Numbered from the stretch's first letter, positions 27,734-41,770 are shown. The stretch: DNA of 64,000 nt from Octopus vulgaris (GCA_951406725.2 OX597831.1:9858001-9922000), one strand, 5' to 3'. The notes: generated by a model not told the origin, from the letters alone. Made by a program: numbers and translations.

Positions 27734-28345
27734 CATACGGACACACATACATACAAACGTTTATGTTAGTGTGTGTGTTTACATACTTACGTTAGGCACT
27801 TGTATGTCTCTTTTAAGTATACGTGTGTACGCATGCGTGTATTTGTGCGAGTGTGTGTGCGCATGTGTGTCTGCCTCAGCGTGTGTTCCGTTTACATGAT
27901 CAAAATTTCGTGTCTATGAACTGCTGCAAACGATGTAAAGCGTGTATGTAACAAACCGGACATTATAATGACACAAATTAACAAATGAACAGATATCGAA
28001 TTCAGATAATTAGAGTAAGAGTTTAAATTAAATGAAAAAAATTGACATACTTCGTTTTAGATGAAAGAGACCAACTACACTAATGAAGGAGATAATTAGA
28101 AAAAAAGCTTGATGAGGAGAATTTAACAAGAACCGCCATATTTAGTCTTGCTTCATACTGGTAAGTTTACAAAATGTATATTTGATAAAATGTCCCCTCG
28201 GTATGTTACTGGTATACAGCTTATTGAACTAAACTGAAAATTTGAATTCATGCTAGTGTGAAATGATTCGGATATTCTCAGATATTCGTGAGATTGTGAA
28301 ATAGACGTGGACATCAGTAATGGAGAATAAGTATAAATCTGATAA

Positions 28346-28606
28346 TATGGTGTCAGCTTAAGGTAATGGATCTATAAAAAGGGAAGAACGCTAGCATTAT
28401 TTAGCCCTAGGAAACACCGTTTCCTGTTCGACTCGACACATTTCCTGTGCCCTTATATTTAGAAAGTGGAGATAAGCACCTCCACCTTTCGAAAACATAA
28501 GGACATAGGTAATGTGTCAAGTCCAACAGGAAACAGTGTTTCCTAGGGCTAAATAACAGTAGCATTCTTCCCTTTCATGGGACTGTCACATTAAGCTGAC
28601 AACATA
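28346..28606. repeat. ~260-bp imperfect fold-back palindrome (MITE-like)
   Basis: TTATTTAGCCCTAGGAAACAC (28397-28417) is the exact reverse complement of 28536-28556, and pairing extends both ways. The right arm recurs at 45310-45428. Confidence 0.85.
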
Positions 28607-28774
28607 CTACCACTTTATCGTTCTCCTACTGCATAAATCTCTCTGAGAGATATAGAAATATATTATTTCTAAGTGTAAATCAAATTAGAAATTCTTATAC
28701 AGATACCACATAAGGACATCAGCTAAAATTGCAGTGTCCTTTTATGAAATTCCATCAAACATTACAATGAACTA

Positions 28775-29140
28775 GTGGAGGCGCAATGGCCCAGTAGCTA
28801 GGGCAGTAGGCTCGCGGTCATACGATTGCGATTTCAATTCCCAGGACGGGCGTTGCGAGTGTTTATTGAGCGAAAGCACTTAAAGCTCTACGAGTGGTTG
28901 CGAACCCTGCTATCCTCTTTCACCACAAATTTCTCTCTCTCTTTCTTTCTGTTTCTTTTGTACCTGTATTTCAAAGGGCTAGTCTTGTCACACGCTGTGT
29001 CACGCTGAAACTCCCCGGGAACTACGTTATGGGTACATGTATCTGTGGCGTGCTCAGCCACTTGCACGTTAATTTCACGAGCAGGCTGATCCGTTGATCG
29101 GATCAATTGGAACCCGCGTCGTCGTAATCGACGGATGGCT
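28775..29140 (+). mobile_element. SINE family B
   Basis: Matches 11052-11435 in the opposite orientation. Confidence 0.9.
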
Positions 29141-29529
29141 ACAAGGATCCCAGAGACAAGCCTCCGCATTGGTAGTTCCCGTTGACGGTTGCCTAGCATT
29201 ATTTCGCATATAACACTTTAAATGAGATTAACATTACATATCCTGGAGTAAAGTCACTCAATTAGGTATGAACATGAGAAGAATCCAAACGCAAGATGTA
29301 AATAAATTCCCCACGCATAGAACTGGTAATTAAAAGGATTCGTTTCTCCCTCGGAAGTTTTTGGTAAATGTTCAACGTTAATATTTTGTGTGTCTGTGTG
29401 TAAGAGGTCACCTATGTTACATTCTCCTTTTGAAAATTATTATTTCTGAACAGTTTGCACCTCCTAGAAACCAATTCGTAGGTTACACCTTCCACGAACA
29501 CACACATACACATCGAAACACATACACAC

Positions 29530-29734
29530 ACATTATATATATACAAGCATATATGTTTGCATATCTATGTTTGAGTGTGTATATACATATTTATATGCAT
29601 ATATAGATATACATATATAAATATATATATATACATATATATACACATATACACATATACATATATATATATACATACATATATACATATACACATATAC
29701 ATATATATATATACATATATATATATACACATAT

Positions 29735-29780
<46 letters not shown>

Positions 29781-29860
29781 TATACACACACATGTGTGTA
29801 TATATATATATGTAAATATATATATATATGCATATATAAATATACATAAATAAATATACA
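29530..29860. repeat. Degenerate (TA)/(CA) low-complexity array
   Basis: Directly visible. Confidence 0.93.
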
Positions 29861-31643
29861 TAAACATATTTGTACGCATGTATATCTGTGTATATATGCG
29901 TTTGTGCTCATGCGTGTGTGTCCATTATCTCGTAGGATATTACATATTAATAATTTCACTTTTTTTTTCAACTAATTCGGTAGCATTAAGCTTTCATCTC
30001 TCAGAACTCAAAATTTCTTAATATCTGAACAATATTATTTAATTGAATTTTGGTCATAAGAACATTCAGGAGTCGTATCGTCATTACCATGCCATAGACG
30101 GCCACATCCTTCGATTTCATTTCGTCATGTACTTTTATTTTTTTTATTTTCTATATTTACGTCTTCCTATATTTGCACTTAACATTTTAATATGTGCTGC
30201 TTCTTACAGAGTTTACTTCCTTAAATTACTATGAAATCAGATTTTTTTTATTCTTCTGTGTAAATCTCACTAAGTTAATATTTGCAAAATAGAGAAACGC
30301 AATTAATCGCATATGTTTAAAGCGCTTTATTAAATAATATTTTACATCCAGTCATTATTAAACGAGGGAACAAAGAAAATAGTGCTTTATTCAAGTACTG
30401 AGATCCATAGTTTCGACTAACATTCTCCCAGCCTTGTACAGGAATTAGAAAGGAATCGTACACCATGACATCCAATAGATTCTCAATAACTGCTTTTATT
30501 TTGATGTCGAAGAAACTGTAAAATTGACACATTTATTTCCTCTCCATTCCTCACTTTTCGCCCACTTTGCAATAACCTAATTTCTAAAATGTTTAAAACA
30601 TATAATAGCTGTCTGCATTACTCCACCTATCATTCAGCTAAAATTAATTATACGAATTCTAAACTTTTGGACATTATCCATTAATTTTCGAAATATTCAA
30701 CTAATTTATTCTTCACCCCACTCCACGAAAATTAAAATACATCTAATTAGAAATTCCTGCCTTCGCTACGATCATTCCATTTTAAGTGGAGTCGACCACA
30801 ATTTTTCCTTCGAAATTTTCCGCCATGAATTTATGTTTTAGCTATATTGATAATTACATTTATATTATTCTTGTTTTTGTATTAATTATAGTTTTTTAAC
30901 GGATTTGTGAGTCTCATTTTATAGAAATTGCAGCTAGTACTCTGAAAAGCTCAGCCAGTTAACTGGAAAACAGAAAACAACTCTTCGTATTTATATTACT
31001 TCAGCTGATCTTAAATTACATTTAAAATTTTGCTTCATCCTTTTGACAGCCTTATACATGGGAATGAGACTAGAGATAGGATACTGAGTTGTAAGAAATG
31101 TTGTTTAAAGGGTATCTAGTAAAGTACAGAACGATTCCCTCTTGAATGTTGTAACGAAAATATTAAAGATAATCAGACCAGCTAGGCTCGTCCTAAAAGT
31201 TTGAGATTTCCAACCTCTAAAATCAGGTTTTATATATCTATAAAATAATCTGCGCTTTCCATCTGAAGTTGGACATTAAAACTTTTTACCTCTTCAGGAT
31301 TAATTTAACGCTTGACGCTGACGGATGGCTTAACGACATATCTAAATGGTTTCGTGCAATATTTTGTAATTCAAGTTAGATTTATCTGTTATTTCTAGCA
31401 GATATACAAACCACAATTAGTCTTCTTCCTCTTTTGCTCGCCTATCCCCTATTTGATTTTATTGTAATAAGGTTCCATTTAAAAGTTGCCTGTGCAGTAA
31501 TGGCCGCTCTCTAAAATGGGTTTAGTCGATTCTCTCTTGCCATGCAATTGACATTTGCAATTTCACTTTTCATGCAAGCATCCAGTTAGATATCAACATG
31601 ATGAATATATTGCAAATCTACTTTAGTTCAACTCTCCTTTTGC

Positions 31644-31702
<59 letters not shown>

Positions 31703-32011
31703 CATGTATGTATGTATTGAGCAAGTTTGATCTTGCAATGAAGAAGTATCAAAAAAACATGAATAAAACAACTATCAGATGATAAACACTGTTGTGTGAA
31801 TCTGCACTTACTCTATGCATATTATCCACTGCAATAAATACACCTCACATCTAACTCTATCCAAATAAAGGTTATATATATGTGTGTGTGTGTTTCTGCG
31901 AGATAGTGTATATATATATATGTACATATATTTCCATATGTAGACAAGTATATGTAAATATATGTTTATATACATACACACACACACACCCACTTATATA
32001 TACACACACAT

Positions 32012-32062
<51 letters not shown>

Positions 32063-34509
32063 GTATATGTATATAAACGTATATAACAATGTTTTACCTT
32101 TCTTCGTGGTATGTCCAATTGTATCGCGTTTTCGTTTTTTCCCAGCTAGTGCCAGAATTCCAGCGATTCGTAATTGTCTACAGAAATGTCTAAACAAATA
32201 GATAGATATAAACCGAATCAATACCTACAACTTACTTCCCATCAACACGAGAAGTAGTTTTTTTTATTTGTCTTCTTACATAAATATTCGTTTAATGATA
32301 TTGTTTTGAATATAACAGACAATTTGATTCTGCATATACCATACCATAAACGCCTGTACTTTTCTTTCTTTTAAGCGGTTGCGTTGTTGTTCGCGAGATA
32401 AATGAATTGACAAGAATATTTTTTTCTATCATAGCTCTTTCTCCTTTTACCTAACAAAAGCTCTTATGTAAAAGTAACACCACAATCGCGAGTCAACAAA
32501 TGAAAAAGGGCACGGGTGCACCTCCCGCTAGAATTACCAGCGTGATCTAACACAAATCACACCAAACTGACTTATGCAAAGACGATTGAATTTGTCAATG
32601 CAATTATTGATCTTAGAAGAATGGAAGGATGGTCACACTTAAAATTTCTTTATATATTTTCCTGATCTGGGTTCATCTTAGTTTACGCACATTCACCAAC
32701 AACAGTTCCTTCCATGAACATGTCTTAATAGGTTTGACAAGTTCACCTCAAAGTTTACTCTCAATAAAGTAAAGGTATTACTGTTATGTTACGAATATTC
32801 GGCTACCGTGGAATCAGTCTATTTCATTTTTAGTGCATGAAAAGTTTTCATTGAACCTGTTTACCATTCTATAGCATTATGTGGATATTAGGCAAGTCTT
32901 CCATTAGATTCTCTAATCGAGATAATGTATAAGCATTTTGCCGTGAAATGGGATTAATGCCTAAAGGAACGATATTGTAAAATGAAATAATATTCCTTTC
33001 CAAAGAAACACAACAAATCACCTCCAATGAATTCCAATACAAAATAGTGTCCAAAGTTTGTCGTTATGAGATTTTAATACAAACAATGTCAGAAAAGATA
33101 AATTATTGGTCTGCTGCTTTATGGAAGGTGAATTCAAATTCTTCGCAATTGCATTAACTTAGAGCGAACTTAAACTTATTGCTCATGGGAATTGAAGTAT
33201 TTTTGCTAAACTTTACTAAAAGCATCCATTTCCTGGTTGCAGTTAAGGTAAGTTAGGAAAATAATCTGTGAGTAGATGTCTTCCTGTATGAAATAGCTTC
33301 ACTGTGATCGTCGGTCTTGCGGAAATAATATAACCATAACTTGCTGTGAGCAGACATCTGTGTACTTTGCATAAAGTATTGTGAACGAAATGATAAATAT
33401 ATGTGTTTAAGTTGTATTCTCCAAGAATATATTTTTTTTTGACTAAATGATTCCATAAACATTTCAAGACTTCTTCCTTCTGATGTAAATTCGAATGTTT
33501 AGAAATGGTTCGGAAACATCTTAAGTTGGACAATAGTTTGTTTCTATTTAACTTAGAGCAAGTTCCAATCCACACATGATTATAAACACTTCTACATTTT
33601 GCTTTCCACCTTTCAAAATTTGCTTGGGTATATGATATCTAAAATATCCCATCCCCTCCGTTTTCACAGCTTTCTACCATTAACTTCTGCACCTACATGA
33701 CCCCATAGAGATCCCTTATTTCTATATTCATGCTCGTGTTCCTTCATCTACGCCACTACATACATTGTAATCCATATCCGCGCAGTTTTGTCTCTTGTAT
33801 GTTTTATTAGTCCTCAGTAATGCCTGTTGATTCCTCGGCTCTTTCAAGCTTAGGTGCCGAGAAGTTCATGTTTACCACTAACTAGAAATTGTAAGACCTT
33901 CGCCAATGAAACAACATGTTTCAATTTATGTAGGTGAAACTGTTATATTCTTTCCGTCTTCCTTAATTTCAAATTGGATTCACTAATACCATCTCACACT
34001 GTGAAGAGAAAGTTAACTCCCTTTCTATAAGACACACCATCTGCGTATCTTTAAAGAGCGAAACGATAATGTGAACTCATTGTATCTGCATTTTGCCTGT
34101 ATGCTTCATTCGGCGTCAATGAATCGCTTTTCCTTACGCGAACAACGTAGAATTCCTCCACAAGAGAACGAACCTCTTAAACATATTTCTCTGCATTTAC
34201 TGCAGCTATTACACAGTTCTCTGCAATAAGCATGCACTCTGAATACTGCGCTGTGTACGCTGCTTCACGAGTGATCATTCCATACATCAATCATATTTTC
34301 TGCGTTGATTCTCTGTTCGTATAAGTGCGATTTCATTGCCCGTTTCTCTGCATATACGGAAAAGGACTGAGGGGCTTACCGTTTCAGAGCCTGTGGACTG
34401 CCAAAGGATGTAAGAGGCAAGGTTTATATTAACAAAGGTGTTACCACAAAAGGTGAACTGAGACACACACACCCACAGAGAAAAGCAGCTAGATTGATAG
34501 AAAGAGAAA

Positions 34510-34580
<71 letters not shown>

Positions 34581-34584
<4 letters not shown>

Positions 34585-34725
34585 AGAGTTTACGAAAAAT
34601 ACAAAAGTCGAAGATGCATTAGTATAACGCTCAGGAATAGAAAAAATCTTTTACGTTTCGAGCCTACGCTCTTCTACAGAAAGGGACACAGAAAAAAGCA
34701 AGGAGAGAAACAAGGTGAGAAAAAT
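34581..34725 (-). mobile_element. HHR-like element family E
   Basis: Reverse reads CTTT-CTGTAGA-A-GAGC-GTAG-GCTC-GAAA-CG-TA-AAAG; homologous to 41264-41385; lies between (TA)n and (GA)n. Confidence 0.7.
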
Positions 34726-34753
34726 TATATATTTAGAGAGAGAGTGAGAGAGA

Positions 34754-34796
<43 letters not shown>

Positions 34797-35440
34797 CGAG
34801 AGGTGTAGGCGTGTAATGTCTATATAGCTATATGTTACAAGACTGGTCGCTCATAAAAATAAGAAATTATTTACCGAATGTGGTCTCTTAATATTTTGCC
34901 AGTCACGGAGCATGCGCTTTTTTACGGTGTCATGATAACAAACCCAAAATTCCTTCCCTATTTTGTTCATATTATTTGATAAGAACGCTTATTATATTTA
35001 TACATATATGAGCGGCATTCCGACGTCAACGAGAAAACGTTTGTTGGTTTAGTGATGCATTCACTAAGTTCTCTTCATGCTTGGTTTGCGACCAGTGCTA
35101 ACCTCAACGACTACAGTGACAGCGACGCCATTAACAACCATGACAACAACAGCACAAAAACAAAATCTCTTCTCAAAATACCAACGCCAACTAAATTAGT
35201 AACGTGAGGATCAATATCTAAACATAAATAGCTATTTATTGGAGAGATACATCATATATTCGACGACTTTCTTCGAGTGCAGGAAAAGTTCTGATAATGG
35301 ATTCTAGTTCACGTTCGTAAGATTTCGATTAATAAATAGAATCCATTATGAATGTTTAGCATAATTTCTTCACTGAACCATTTTGTGCTACCTTGAAGAT
35401 AAAAGTAAATATAGGAGAATCTCTTAATTAAGATTTTCTT

Positions 35441-35563
35441 CAACATTTTCCCTTCTCAGATTCACGCACATATTGCCGCTGTTCCTCAGTTTTTCCAAGC
35501 CCTGTAAAAGAACCAGGATTTCGCGATGCCCTTAAAACACGAACTTTTCAGCACACCCTCGTA
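35441..35563. mobile_element. Mariner-type MITE fragment
   Basis: Ends in ACTTTTCAGCACACCCTCGTA; homologous to 58280-58491. Confidence 0.75.
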
Positions 35564-35577
35564 TATATTATATGGCA

Positions 35578-35703
<126 letters not shown>

Positions 35704-35769
35704 GTAAAAAACTGTAAGATAACAAAAGAAAGAAAGATACCTCGATATTATGTAAATAGAGGAATTTAA

Positions 35770-35948
35770 CTGTAAAATAATATGTGACAATTATTCGGTA
35801 ACCAAGATAAAGCTCTGAGTTTCGGATGCCGAGGTGGAAATCCACAACACCATCTCTTCGGCTATCTGATAACCGAAGAGATGGTGTTGTGGATTTCCAC
35901 CTCGACATCCGAAACTTAACCGAATAATTGTCCCGTATTATTTTACAG
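35770..35948. repeat. Near-perfect fold-back palindrome with HHR-like topology
   Basis: 35818-35866 vs 35868-35916 are 47/49 complementary around a 1-nt loop; outer arms 35770-35799 vs 35919-35948 are 28/30. Confidence 0.92.
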
Positions 35949-35983
<35 letters not shown>

Positions 35984-36022
35984 TGTGCGTGCGTGCGTGT
36001 GTGTGTGTGGGGGGGTGACTTT

Positions 36023-36230
36023 CAAAGCGGTGGGCTGACAAAATCGTTAGCATGTCAGAAAAACCCTTATTGTTTTTTTTTCTCTAGTCGTCTACTTTCT
36101 CCAAATCCGACCAAAGCGTTTTGTTTTCTTCCACCCTTTTGAGTTTGATTAAATAAGTACCAGTCAAATAATGCGGATAGATGTAATTGACATGTCCTAC
36201 CCATCGAAATTGCCGGCCCAGTGTCAAAAT
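36023..36230 (+). mobile_element. Old, diverged SINE A
   Basis: AAAGCGGTGGGCTGACAAAATCGTTAGCA ... TAAATAAGTACCAG. Confidence 0.65.
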
Positions 36231-38569
36231 TAAAAAAGAATATGTAATTGTAGCACGCAGATAAAAATACAAATATTGCATTGATGTTTTATAAAGATGT
36301 TAATGTATGTCTCAATTATTAAAGGAAGGAACCGATTGACTATCTGAATACCATATTTTCTACGATAAACGTAGAACCAACGCAATCCGTGATATCGGGT
36401 TCCATTGCATTACGGAATTAAACTTCTATTATTTTCCATCAAACACAATCAAGACATGTTTAGAAGACTTGGCATGCATTGTATATATCTTGAAAACTTA
36501 CGTGATGATGGAGTTTTTCGTAAAGACTCAACAAGCGCTTAAGAGTTAATGTTTGTTTTCCTGATATTAATTTATTGAAAAAAATAACAGCAACAACAAG
36601 TGTCTCTATTTTTGTATACATTAACTTTTCTATGCTTTCACAGGTTGTTTACGTCTGAAAATAAATTTTCGCGGACTATTAGAGTACCATATAACTGCCT
36701 GATTGACTTGTCTGACAGTAAATGGAATCTATTTTTACCTAAAAAGATTGAGAACAACAGTTAATGCACATTTGCTTAAGGGCACAGCACAAACGAAATA
36801 GAAGCAACCAGTATTTACCAAATATATTTTGATGAAATTGCCGACATGCTGATACTGATTAAAGAGACAAAAATATCTACTAAATGTTAGTGTTTTGCTT
36901 GAATTCCCTCTGATGCTGATGATAGTTAAAATATTTATTTATTGGAATTTGTTTATATCACTCGATATTGCTACGGGTCTGATATAAACGAATCCATCCA
37001 ATCTAATATGATATGAACTCAATACTTTCTTATAGGTTTGAACGGCTTTTAAAGATATATTTATTCCTTGTCACACAACTGACGTGGTAAATAATTTCTG
37101 TGAAAAGAAATAATAATGGTTTACGTCTGTTTCGGTTATGAACGTTTAGTCAAGTCTCTGTCCGCTTGGTAAATGTTACTTCCAGTATTTCAAAGAATGA
37201 GTTTTTGTGTTGAGCTGTTATTTGCTGTTATTCTCTGCTTTGAAGTCCCCACGCTGTTTTTAAATAATCCGTCGATTTATGATCATGACCGGGGCCTTTT
37301 CTTATAATCTCGGTATTTTCCTTCTCGGTATTTTCTTATAATACCGAGCTCCATTCGCATTGAAGATTCCATCAAACTTCTTATTTTTTTTAATGAAATG
37401 CTATGTCTAGCAAATTTCTCGCTTGGAGTACATCCGACTAGAAACATTGATGATCATTGCTCATAGAAGCTATAAAACAAAGACAGCAACTAAAACAATA
37501 GCAGCATGGTGTGTGAAATACACCAACTAGAATGTTCCTTATCACGTCTCATAACAATCGTGATTTCCAATCTATAGTTGCTTTCTATCAATCTTCAAAA
37601 ATCCTTGAAATCAACGTAATGCAAATTATATTAAAATATCAATAATCTACATTTGTTCTCAGAATGGGAACGTATGTATGTTAAACGAAATATACATGAG
37701 GCATGTGAGAGTCTTAGGCTTTTAGTGATGCGTTGTACCACTGCTCTAGGATACGAAATAGCAACTAGAACATCTGCATCTGCCCATCATCTCTGTGACC
37801 GTTTGGAATATTCTAGCTGCGAGCCCGAATTTTGAGTAGGAAATGCTGTTGCTGTCATGGTGTATCCGTGAGCTAACGACACAAAATCATTTTGATATTT
37901 TAAGCCTAATTTTGTACGTTTCAAAATTATAATTAAAAAAAAAAAAAACATTCGGTTACATACTAAGTTAGCTTACAGATTATGGGGAAAAACAAAAACG
38001 CAAATGTGGTATATCTTCCTAATGCGAGAAAAATAATTATACAAACAAAATTGATATAAGAAAGATGGTAACATATAATAAAGAAAAGAAAGAACGAACG
38101 AGATTTCAAGAAAGTAAGAGAACAAATCTGATTTCTGCAATGTTAAAACTGCTTTTGTGTCCCAACCAAAAATTGGATGTAAACAAATTTATTTGTTACT
38201 CGCTAAAAATAAATGGCGATATTGTAGACATCAGTATCTCAAATTTCTTGTAATTACAAAACGAGAAAAGAAAGAATACACAAAACAAGCAGACACAAAG
38301 AAAATACAGAGGGGAAAAAATAAAAAGATATAATAGACTAAGACATATCGAATGACTGAAGGGGAAAAAAGAACGTAAATAGAAGAACATTGTCGAGAAA
38401 ATGGCACAAAGAAAGGAGGAAGCAAGGATACGGAAGAAATTGTTGAATACAAAATCATTTATCAGCAAAAAATATTCAAAGAAACAATGCATTATACAAT
38501 AAGTTTCTGGTTGCAGACAATGTTGTAGGCTCAAGAACTTTGGGGGTTTCAACATGTGTCTGTATGATG

Positions 38570-38583
38570 TATAAGTATGTATA

Positions 38584-38623
<40 letters not shown>

Positions 38624-38715
38624 CTTGCATACATAGACACATACACACACACACATATATATATATATGTATATATATGTATATATATATATATATAGGT
38701 ATATATGTATGTATC

Positions 38716-38746
<31 letters not shown>

Positions 38747-38909
38747 GTATATATGTATATATGCATACATATATATATATGTATGTATATATGTATATAT
38801 GTATGTATATATATATATATACATATATATATATGTATATATATATATATATGCATACATATATATATATATATATATATATAGGTATGTATATATGTAT
38901 ATATATATG

Positions 38910-38949
<40 letters not shown>

Positions 38950-38975
38950 CATACATATGTAAATATAGATATATA
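38570..38975. repeat. Degenerate (TA)n/(TATG)n array
   Basis: Directly visible. Confidence 0.95.
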
Positions 38976-39317
38976 TTAGCTGTATGTGTGTGTGTGTCAG
39001 TGAATGCCTTATAGTGTGCTAATGGAAAAACCGATGTTGTGAAATAAAATTAGCTTCAGATCTCCAACTCCCAGAAGCCTTCGTTTATTCTTTTATGTAA
39101 AGCATAATGAAGTTTCCAAAAAATATTTCAAGTGTATTTGTTCAATTCGATGAAATTATGTTTTAAATTTAAGACAGTATCATTGCTAATGGTTACAGTA
39201 AATGCCAACAACTGTAATTCCAAAATAGAAGAATATAATTCCCCCCTCTGTTTTCTCTGTCTCTCTTCATACATACATACATATATACTTACACACTCAC
39301 ATACATATAGACATATT

Positions 39318-39426
<109 letters not shown>

Positions 39427-39831
39427 GCACATACATATGTGTGTGTGTTTATCTGACATTTTCCACGATATGTGTACAACACACACATATGAAAGCCTCA
39501 ATGCAAATGTAAAGGGCGCTGTTTGAGAAGTTATGCTACCGCAAACATACGGCTCATGATTAGCTCTCAGTTTTAGGTATTAAGGTTTTTCCAAAATTGA
39601 TCCATTATTCCATAATTCTAGGTTCATGGGTATTTATTTTGTATTGGTGGTATGTTTTGAATCAGCAACACAGTAACGTTGTACGCATTTTTAGAAATAT
39701 TCTATACGTAGCATAAAGGATTGAAATACGTTTCTTATAAATATTCTCATCATTACTGTTATGAATATAAATACGGATCTATGTATATATGCATACATAC
39801 ATCTATGTGTGTATGTTTGTGTTCATGTATG

Positions 39832-39875
<44 letters not shown>

Positions 39876-39886
39876 TGTATGTAATA

Positions 39887-39923
<37 letters not shown>

Positions 39924-39933
39924 GTATGTAATA

Positions 39934-39969
<36 letters not shown>

Positions 39970-39996
39970 ATACCTATATATATATATATATATATA

Positions 39997-41185
39997 TGGG
40001 GTGGAGCAGAGAGGACGGACGTTTTTGAAAACATCACAGAATCATTAATTTTATCTGCAAACAAATTTTGTTCCCAACAATGTGTTCGCATTGAATAAAG
40101 TTTGGAAAAAAACATCCATCATGTGTTGTCCGTTTTCATTGATGCATTTCTGAAGGCTTTCTAGGAAGTTGGCCTCCACTCTCCCCACCATTGCTCTGTC
40201 GATTTGGGTAACTTCCACGCGAATAGCTTCCTTAAAATCGTCCAATGTCTGGGGCCTATGCGCATACACACGTGCCTTGAGGCTTCCCCCAAAAGAAATA
40301 ATCACACATTGACAAATCAGGGGACCGGGGAGAGAAAGGAATATCAACAAACAGGAAACGAGGCGGTCACAGAAGAAAGATCGAAGAACTTCCATATTGG
40401 TGGTGTGGGCCATCCTCCCACTCTACTAAAACCACACAGGTCCAATAGGTATACGTGTTTGTCTAACCCCGGCACAAAGAAGTTGTTTACTATCTCGATT
40501 TAACGCTCTGTGTTCACAATAATAATATTTCCCTTATTGTCTTCAAAAATTAAGGAACAATGACGGGAGATTTTTCAACAGCACACCAAACTGTCATTTT
40601 TTGGCCTTTCAGTCGTCTTTCATGCAGTTCTCTCGGATTTTCAAGAGCCAAATAACGACGGTTCTTTTCATTCCCCCATACCATTCACATTAAAATGAAC
40701 CTCGCCACACATTAACAAAAATGAGGTTCTCATTTGACTCAAGAATAGCTTCCATCTGATTTTGAAGTTAAGCCGCTGTGCATAGCCCCATGATTTTAAT
40801 TGTTACCCAATTACCAATTTTTTACGTGTGGAAGTGTAGGTCTTCAGGCAAAATAAGACTTACCGATCAATTACCGATGCCAGCTTGAATAGAATGCCTC
40901 CGAGCAGAGCAGCTCGGACTCTGCATCAAAGATTGTCGGACGCATTCCACAGTTTCGGGGTCAATACTGTACACGGTGCCTTCACCGGTCTCGTGTTCAT
41001 TAGTGTATCTAGCTACGTGAAGTGCATTCAGTTCACGTAACAGGTGTAGGCAGACGAGCGATAAACTACCGTCCAGAGCGCCATGGCTTCACTACCGACG
41101 AATGGTACTTGTCCGATATATCTCACTTCTCGTGGCAACGAGTAATAGCTATTTCCAAAACGTCTGTCCTCTCTGCCGCACCCTG
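39997..41185 (-). mobile_element. Decayed Tc1/mariner element (DD37D/maT-like) with both TIRs
   Basis: 34-bp TIRs TGGGGTGGAGCAGAGAGGACGGACGTTTTTGAAA and revcomp CAGGGTGCGGCAGAGAGGACAGACGTTTTGGAAA (28/34), TA flanks. Minus-strand peptide LKARVYAHRPQTLDDFKEAIRVEVTQI..CINENGQH and a decayed DEAHF..NG..N..N.RY motif. Confidence 0.88.
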
Positions 41186-41190
41186 TATAT

Positions 41191-41240
<50 letters not shown>

Positions 41241-41263
41241 TGTGTGTGTGTGCGCGTGTGTAT

Positions 41264-41385
41264 GTGTCCCTTTCTGTAGAAGAGCATAGGCTCGAAACGT
41301 AAAAGACTTTTTTCTATTCCTGAGCGTTATACTAATACATCTGTTTGTTTTGTACACCACCTGTCTTCGTCTTTTGTTTTTTCGT
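41264..41385 (+). mobile_element. HHR-like element family E
   Basis: CTTT-CTGTAGA-A-GAGC-ATAG-GCTC-GAAA-CG-TA-AAAG at 41270-41305; lies between (TG)n and (TA)n. Confidence 0.7.
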
Positions 41386-41456
41386 ATATATATATGTATA
41401 TATGTATATATATATATATATGTATATATATAAGTATATATATATATATATGTATA

Positions 41457-41547
<91 letters not shown>

Positions 41548-41549
<2 letters not shown>

Positions 41550-41766
41550 GCTCTTAGGAGCCTAGTTCGATTTGTTTTGCTCCGCCTCTGTTCTGTTTTT
41601 GTTTTTTCCAACGGATTTCCTATTTCTTCCTGAAGAGAAAGACACAATATGGTCCCATTATTCAATCGGATTTTGGTAAATTGTGCCTTTCGAAACACGT
41701 GTAGAATGAAATAAAACGATTTCTGTTCAATCTGCGTTCAGCTCCATTTCTTCAATTCACCAATAA

Positions 41767-41770
<4 letters not shown>
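41548..41770 (+). mobile_element. Short non-coding element family D embedded in (TA)n (PLE pLTR- or retrozyme-like)
   Basis: About 220 bp of non-microsatellite sequence between two (TA)n arrays; contains an HHR; its 3' part is shared with 1597-1670 and 49753-49795. Confidence 0.7.
41621..41713 (+). ncRNA. Minimal type-I hammerhead ribozyme motif
   Basis: Stem I TATTTCTTC/GAA(T)GAAATA; core CTGAAGA at 41630-41636; stem II GAAAGACACAAT/ATTGTGCCTTTC (11/12); GAAA at 41692-41695; palindromic ACACGTGT; GTA triplet with predicted cleavage after 41703. Confidence 0.8.

Noticed and set aside
28061-28160. AG...GTAAGT-bounded 100-nt candidate exon
   Set aside because: There are stop codons in all three frames and no other support.
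30317-30532. Possible hAT dimerisation-domain remnant on the minus strand
   Set aside because: The resemblance is too weak to support without a profile search.
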